The notes under the pieces were generated by a model. That model searched no databases and was not told the DNA's origin. It was given only the letters and a program-made list of their open reading frames with translations. This document shows, one piece after another, positions 37,452 through 37,778 of a DNA stretch of 37,778 nt (positions are counted from its first letter, which is position 1; each line of letters begins with the position of its first letter). Location: the NCBI RefSeq assembly GCF_001186125.1, contig NW_014039970.1, positions 1-37,778 on the forward strand, read 5' to 3'. This DNA is from Sphaeroforma arctica JP610. Its lineage: Eukaryota. Position numbers and translations under genes: made by a program.

Positions 37452-37778
37452 TTATACGTCTATGGGGGTTTCTCTCTCGAGATATGTGCTCAAACTAGGT
37501 TTATCTTTATACGTCCATCGGGGGGTTTTCTCTCGGGATGTGTGCTCAAACTAGGTTTATCTTTAAATGTCCATCGGGGGGTTTGCTCTCGGGATGTGTG
37601 CTGAAACTAGGTTCATCTTTATATGTCTGGGGGGGTTTTCTCCGGGATGTGTGCTCAAACTAGGTTTATCTATATGTGTCCATCTGGGGTTTTCTCTCTC
37701 GGGATGTGTGCTCAAACTAGGGTTATCTTTATATGTCTGTGGGGGGTTTTCTCTCGGGATGTGTGATCAAACTAGGTT
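37452..37778. repeat. ~56-58-bp tandem repeat (6 units) running to the window end
   Basis: gggggttttctctcgggatgtgtgctcaaactaggtttatcttt units. Confidence 0.92.

Noticed and set aside
36960..37778. Regular repeat arrays resembling CRISPR, and ORF 36853-37245 with a repeated peptide
   Set aside because: Units repeat in full with no unique spacers, there are no cas genes, and the context is a eukaryotic intron; these are minisatellites.

Overview
Eukaryotic genomic scaffold with GT-AG introns, (TA)n/(CA)n microsatellites and four N-gaps. An intron-rich unicellular opisthokont such as an ichthyosporean is plausible, but this is inference only. Host genes: exon 1 of tryptophan synthase (477-686, -); an intronless secreted LNR + DUF1036-like protein (-); a 4-exon dynamin/Mx-like GTPase (+); a 9-exon acetylornithine aminotransferase (-); and, head-to-head with it, the first exons of ornithine carbamoyltransferase (+). 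Positions ~5.1-17.65 kb hold two degenerate, divergent Ty3/Gypsy-type chromodomain LTR retrotransposons. One is nested antisense in the protease of the other (4-bp TSD CCAC), and the nest was then rearranged by an apparent inversion. The main finding is that both Pol polyproteins carry an amino-methyltransferase domain (Dam-like / DIRS-MT-like; DxFA...N and NPPW motifs). It is fused in frame after RNase H and precedes a DDE integrase, giving the order PR-RT-RH-MT-IN-chromo. I know this domain from tyrosine-recombinase DIRS elements, not from DDE-integrase Gypsy elements.
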